DNA from: a virus | IMG/VR virus record: IMGVR_UViG_3300011891_000004 | DNA: 36,787 nt | Strand: one strand, 5' to 3' | Shown here: one piece after another, positions 33,330-36,787 of the stretch | How the letters are laid out: every line of letters begins with the position of its first letter | Position numbering within the stretch: position 1 is the stretch's first letter | Program-made: the position numbers and the translations under genes | Notes under the pieces: model-generated | Databases searched by the model: none | What the model saw: the letters and a program-made list of their open reading frames with translations, nothing else | What the model was told of the DNA's origin: nothing

Positions 33330-33872
33330 TTAGAACGCACCCCAAGATGGTTGTTGTTGTTGTGTTTGAGTTGCTTGTTGTTGATATTGTTGTTGGAATT
33401 GTTGTGTTGGTTGTTGAGTACGATTCAAGACTTGACTTGGGTTCACATCTTCGGGATATAGCATCGCTTTGACTTCGTTGTATTCGTTGTCGTTGTATTT
33501 ACGAATACCAACTTTGCACACTCCTCGAGCACCGATGATTGTGTTCCAATTCATCTTCAATGGTTCACCTTTGCGTTTTTGACCGATGGATCCGAAGAAT
33601 GATGAAAGCATTCCTTCTGTGCTTGAGTGTAAGAATAGATTGTGTTTCAATTCTGCTTTTCCTTGAGGTGTTTCAATCTCGATACTTACGACCGCTTTTG
33701 GACACGCAGGAAGCTTCCCGGGATTTTGTGGATTTGGTGTATGTCTTTGTCGTTCAAAGCTCTTTACTGTGAACTCGTAGAGCCCCACAGGAAGCAAGAT
33801 GAATGTTGAGTCTTGTTGGATAGTGTCGTCCCATCCAAATTCACGTTCGAAGTTGTTGTATTGTTCTGTCAT
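33330..33872 (-). CDS. DUF669-type protein (SSB-like partner of Sak4) with a Q-rich C-terminal tail
   Basis: Its position directly after the AAA_24 gene and its size fit this role. The tail is QQPTQQFQQQYQQQATQTQQQQPSWGAF. Confidence 0.65.
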   Translation of the reverse strand: MTEQYNNFEREFGWDDTIQQDSTFILLPVGLYEFTVKSFERQRHTPNPQNPGKLPACPKAVVSIEIETPQGKAELKHNLFLHSSTEGMLSSFFGSIGQKRKGEPLKMNWNTIIGARGVCKVGIRKYNDNEYNEVKAMLYPEDVNPSQVLNRTQQPTQQFQQQYQQQATQTQQQQPSWGAF

Positions 33873-33902
33873 AATTTTTTACCTCTTTCTTTTGTTTGTT
33901 TG

Positions 33903-34991
33903 TTATTTGTTTGTATTTTCAATTGATTTCAAGACATCAGCCCAATTCGTAACCATGAATGCCCAATACTCTTGTGGGAAGTTCTCGATTGGTGTGTCTT
34001 GTGGGAAGTGCCCCTTCTTGAATGCTACATCTTGAAGCATCTTCGGAGTGACTGAATTTTGAAGCATCAAGTCCTTCAATGCTTGTGGAATAGAGTCTGG
34101 TATAGTGATTGATTCTTTAATAGGGAACGGATCTTCTTGAGTTTCTGCTCCACTCGTTCCTGCTGGGATAACTTCATCGACTGAGGGTACTTGCTCATCA
34201 ATTCGAGGCTCGCTTACTACTTTTCCAACGCCCACATTTTGAGCTTGCTTCTTTGGAGCTTCTTGAGATGAAGAAGTGAAGATGTGTGCGATAGCAGCAT
34301 AGTCCATTGGGAGCTCATCTGGGAGTCCATGACGATTCTTCGCATCCCAAGCTGGGTGATGTGTAGTGTACATGACACGTTGTCCGCCTGTCGCTTTCTT
34401 CTTCTTACTTTCTGAGGTCATCACCATCGTCTTGTAATTACAGAATAGAAGTAAGTCGCACCATTCTTTGACTACGGGAGCGGTTTGTGAGCTCGTCTTC
34501 TTACCTAGTTTCAACTCGTAGCGGTCGTAAGCCCCATCTTCATCGGGCTGTTCGAACTTGCGAAGTTGAGAATGTGCGGTCAAGACTACGTTGATGCCAA
34601 TGTCCACTAATTCTTGAAGCTTATCTAATAAGCGACCCATTTCTTCTCGGACATAGGTGTATCCATTCCCATAGCCGAAGTCTTCGATTCCTCTCTTTCC
34701 ATGCATCGAGCACACACTCTCGATTGCAAGGGATTCAGCCCAATCGATTGTGTCGATGACTAGCGTTTTGCAAACTGTTGGGTTTGCTTTGACGAATGCG
34801 ATTTGATTCATGAGCATCGTCCAACTTGTTGGTTTGTCCATACGTTTGACATCCATGTTCGATGTCGAGCCTTCTGTGTCGATGAATAATGGATCCGGGA
34901 ATTGTGCTGCGAGTGTTGACTTTCCGATTCCCTCAGTTCCATAAATCACTACACGTTGGGCTCTTGCTTGTTTACCTGATGTTATGTTCAT
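33903..34991 (-). CDS. Sak4-like AAA_24 RecA-fold ATPase (single-strand annealing/recombination)
   Basis: Walker A YGTEGIGKST followed by FIDTEG, and Walker B LVIDTID. Confidence 0.8.
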   Translation of the reverse strand: MNITSGKQARAQRVVIYGTEGIGKSTLAAQFPDPLFIDTEGSTSNMDVKRMDKPTSWTMLMNQIAFVKANPTVCKTLVIDTIDWAESLAIESVCSMHGKRGIEDFGYGNGYTYVREEMGRLLDKLQELVDIGINVVLTAHSQLRKFEQPDEDGAYDRYELKLGKKTSSQTAPVVKEWCDLLLFCNYKTMVMTSESKKKKATGGQRVMYTTHHPAWDAKNRHGLPDELPMDYAAIAHIFTSSSQEAPKKQAQNVGVGKVVSEPRIDEQVPSVDEVIPAGTSGAETQEDPFPIKESITIPDSIPQALKDLMLQNSVTPKMLQDVAFKKGHFPQDTPIENFPQEYWAFMVTNWADVLKSIENTNK

Positions 34992-35012
34992 GTGATTTCT
35001 CCTTTCTTATCC

Positions 35013-36305
35013 TTAAAACTTCCAAGCGTTCGTTGGTTCTGTGTCTTGGAATGGTGTGACGGTGTCTGATACGACATAGCCATCCTCGATGATGATTTGG
35101 CATTCCTCTCCACTTGATACTCTAGTCGCAATGGCTTGAAGCCCCTCAGACTCTAACCACTTGCCGAATTCGTTTAATGTTGGAATGTCCATTTGTTCGA
35201 GCTTGTCCAAGAGCACAAATCCGCATTCTGGTTTTAGTTTGCGAACGATGGCGGTTGATACTCTTAATTGTTGAGAGCCACTCATGTTGTCCCATTTTTG
35301 CCCCTCGAAGACGAGTTCACCATCTTCGACAGATAGTCCCGGCAACGGTAAGTCCGCACTATCGAGTAAGCTTGTGCGTTCGTCTCGAACATCTTGGATT
35401 TCTTTTGTCAATTGGTCGTATTGAGAGTTGTATTGTTTTGCATCTTCTTCAGCTTTCTCTTTGTCGAGGTTTGCTCGAACCTTGCGATTGATTTCCTCGA
35501 TATTTGCAATTGAGCTTTCAATTTCTTCAGTCGATTCATCCACTATGTCTTCAATTGTCTTGTTTGCTTCGATGTAGTCGCCCATGAGCTTCTCGTGAGT
35601 CGCTTCTTCTTGAGCGAGCTGCTCTTTTAACTGCTTCAATCGAGCTTCTGAGAGGTGAAGTTCATTCACGATATTTTCTCGATTTTGTCTCTTCTTGGCG
35701 TTCTCACCATTTCGTGCAAGAATCTCTTGTTGCTCGTGAATCAAGTCCGCAATGCTCACTAATTCATTCGGAGCTTCGGGATATTGAGGTTGTTCGGCTG
35801 CGTATTTCTTTTTCTGATCCGCAATCTGTCCGATTGTTCTTCGCTCGTTGTATAGCTGCTCTTCTTTTCTATCGAGCTCCCACAATTTCTCACCGACACC
35901 GATGATTTGAAGAAGCGTGTTCGCTTTATCCTTTGCACTTGATTCGATGAATTTTGGAAGGTTCAAAGCGAGTTCTTCCACGAATGAATCAAGCAATTGT
36001 TGACCTGCTTTCTGTCCGCTTGGATCCGTAACTTTCAAATCTGAATTCTTGCCCTTGCGTTCCACGATGAGTCCGTTTGATAATTCCAATCGAAGTGTTG
36101 GTGGATTCATGGACCCGTCACGAGCTGGCTTGCTTGGTTTGTACTTATTGCCACCCAATGCCCAAGCAATGGCATCGAGGACACTTGTTTTTCCTTGATT
36201 GTTGTTTCCACCGAGAATTGTGAGTCCGTTTGATGTAGGCTCAATCGTGACCGCCTTGACACGCTTCACATTCTCGATTTCTAGTTTGTTGATTTTAACT
36301 GTCAT
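35013..36305 (-). CDS. Rad50/SbcC-like SMC-type ATPase (AAA_23)
   Basis: Walker A GGNNNQGKTS, a long central coiled coil, signature MSGSQQ, and Walker B FVLLDKLEQMD. Confidence 0.8.
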   Translation of the reverse strand: MTVKINKLEIENVKRVKAVTIEPTSNGLTILGGNNNQGKTSVLDAIAWALGGNKYKPSKPARDGSMNPPTLRLELSNGLIVERKGKNSDLKVTDPSGQKAGQQLLDSFVEELALNLPKFIESSAKDKANTLLQIIGVGEKLWELDRKEEQLYNERRTIGQIADQKKKYAAEQPQYPEAPNELVSIADLIHEQQEILARNGENAKKRQNRENIVNELHLSEARLKQLKEQLAQEEATHEKLMGDYIEANKTIEDIVDESTEEIESSIANIEEINRKVRANLDKEKAEEDAKQYNSQYDQLTKEIQDVRDERTSLLDSADLPLPGLSVEDGELVFEGQKWDNMSGSQQLRVSTAIVRKLKPECGFVLLDKLEQMDIPTLNEFGKWLESEGLQAIATRVSSGEECQIIIEDGYVVSDTVTPFQDTEPTNAWKF

Positions 36306-36307
36306 TT

Positions 36308-36529
36308 TTAAACTCCTTTATCAAAAATTTCTATTTCATCACTAACTTCAACATGCTTTAACGCAAAATTAAGAAGTTCGGTAGTGATGTCATTTTGAGT
36401 ATGTCCAGTTACGAGTGATAATTTAACAATTTCTTCATAAGTTTCTCTTTCCACTCTGATTCTTGGGTATCGTTCATTATGAGATATTGGCAATATAACT
36501 TTCTTTTTAAAAACAATTTTTTCTTCCAT
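36308..36529 (-). CDS. Hypothetical early protein, possibly ribbon-helix-helix
   Basis: RBS is TAAGGAGTTCAAAACC-ATG. The pattern is a beta strand followed by two helices (IRVERETYEEIVKLS...TTELLNFALKHV); the functional call is weak. Confidence 0.5.
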   Translation of the reverse strand: MEEKIVFKKKVILPISHNERYPRIRVERETYEEIVKLSLVTGHTQNDITTELLNFALKHVEVSDEIEIFDKGV

Positions 36530-36652
36530 GGTTTTGAACTCCTTAATTTGCTTTTTCGCAGTTATTTTTTTATAATTTAGTTGGTTATTTTAGAGAGTCG
36601 GTGATTGTTTCATCGACTTTTTTGATTTTGCTTTTCGTTTTGTCATGAATTA

Positions 36653-36787
36653 TTATTTCTTTTCCTCCTTTGTTTTCCATGTGTCTTGGAAATCGGGCTC
36701 CACATATTGTCCACTTCTAATCAAATTCACTTTTGTTTCGTGCTGCTCAACCGCCTTTCCAACTAAGAGCACGATGCTCATCATTGC
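36653..36787 (-). CDS. C-terminal part of the junction-spanning small membrane protein (36689..36787 duplicates 1..99)
   Basis: The reading frame continues from the 1..189 ORF: ...YVEPDFQDTWKTKEEKK-TAA, with the stop at 36653..36655. Confidence 0.6.
   Translation of the reverse strand, partial: AMMSIVLLVGKAVEQHETKVNLIRSGQYVEPDFQDTWKTKEEKK
36689..36787. repeat. Terminal overlap copy 2 (identical to 1..99)
   Basis: Direct comparison of the two window ends. Confidence 0.97.

Larger units (their letters stand above)
1..36787. mobile_element. Complete temperate siphovirus-type phage genome, circularly permuted in this window (unit length 36,688 bp)
   Basis: Lysogeny, replication, packaging, head, tail and lysis modules are all present. 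The two window ends overlap exactly by 99 bp. One ORF reads seamlessly across the junction. Confidence 0.9.

Overview
The window is a complete, circularly permuted genome of a temperate siphovirus-type phage. Unit length is 36,688 bp, because bases 1-99 recur exactly at 36689-36787. The host is probably a low-GC Gram-positive bacterium (Bacillota), judged from strong GGAGG ribosome-binding sites, a CHAP endolysin with cell-wall-binding repeats, and an LL-H-type holin. Only the cI-like repressor and the tyrosine integrase lie on the + strand. About 50 other genes lie on the - strand in the classical order: cro-like switch; early genes; a recombination/replication module (Rad50-like ATPase, Sak4-like AAA_24, DUF669, SF2 helicase, AEP primase-helicase, iteron-rich putative ori, RusA); small accessory genes; a C5-methyltransferase-like gene; an ArpU-like late regulator; terS/terL/portal/MuF/scaffold/capsid; connectors, major tail protein, chaperones, tape measure and tail tip; holin; a collagen-like fibre; endolysin; attP. 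No tRNA, rRNA, CRISPR array or reverse transcriptase was seen.

The items most worth a second look are:
1. A MuF head protein fused to an R-S-E ADP-ribosyltransferase toxin domain, followed by an unannotated 55-codon candidate immunity ORF and two terminators.
2. Three different ORF-disrupting lesions in regulatory or modification genes: an in-frame TAA at codon 13 of the cI-like repressor, a G6 slippery tract splitting the methyltransferase-like gene, and a 19-bp tandem duplication that frameshifts an early gene away from its HTH-like C-terminus.
3. A TGTCC/GGACA iteron array next to the primase-helicase gene.
4. A promoter-then-terminator leader in front of terS.
5. A BppU/collagen-like fibre gene inserted between holin and endolysin.

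All functional calls rest on motif recognition by eye, since no searches could be run. The first M of some ORF-track entries is actually GTG or TTG, so several starts were refined using RBS position.
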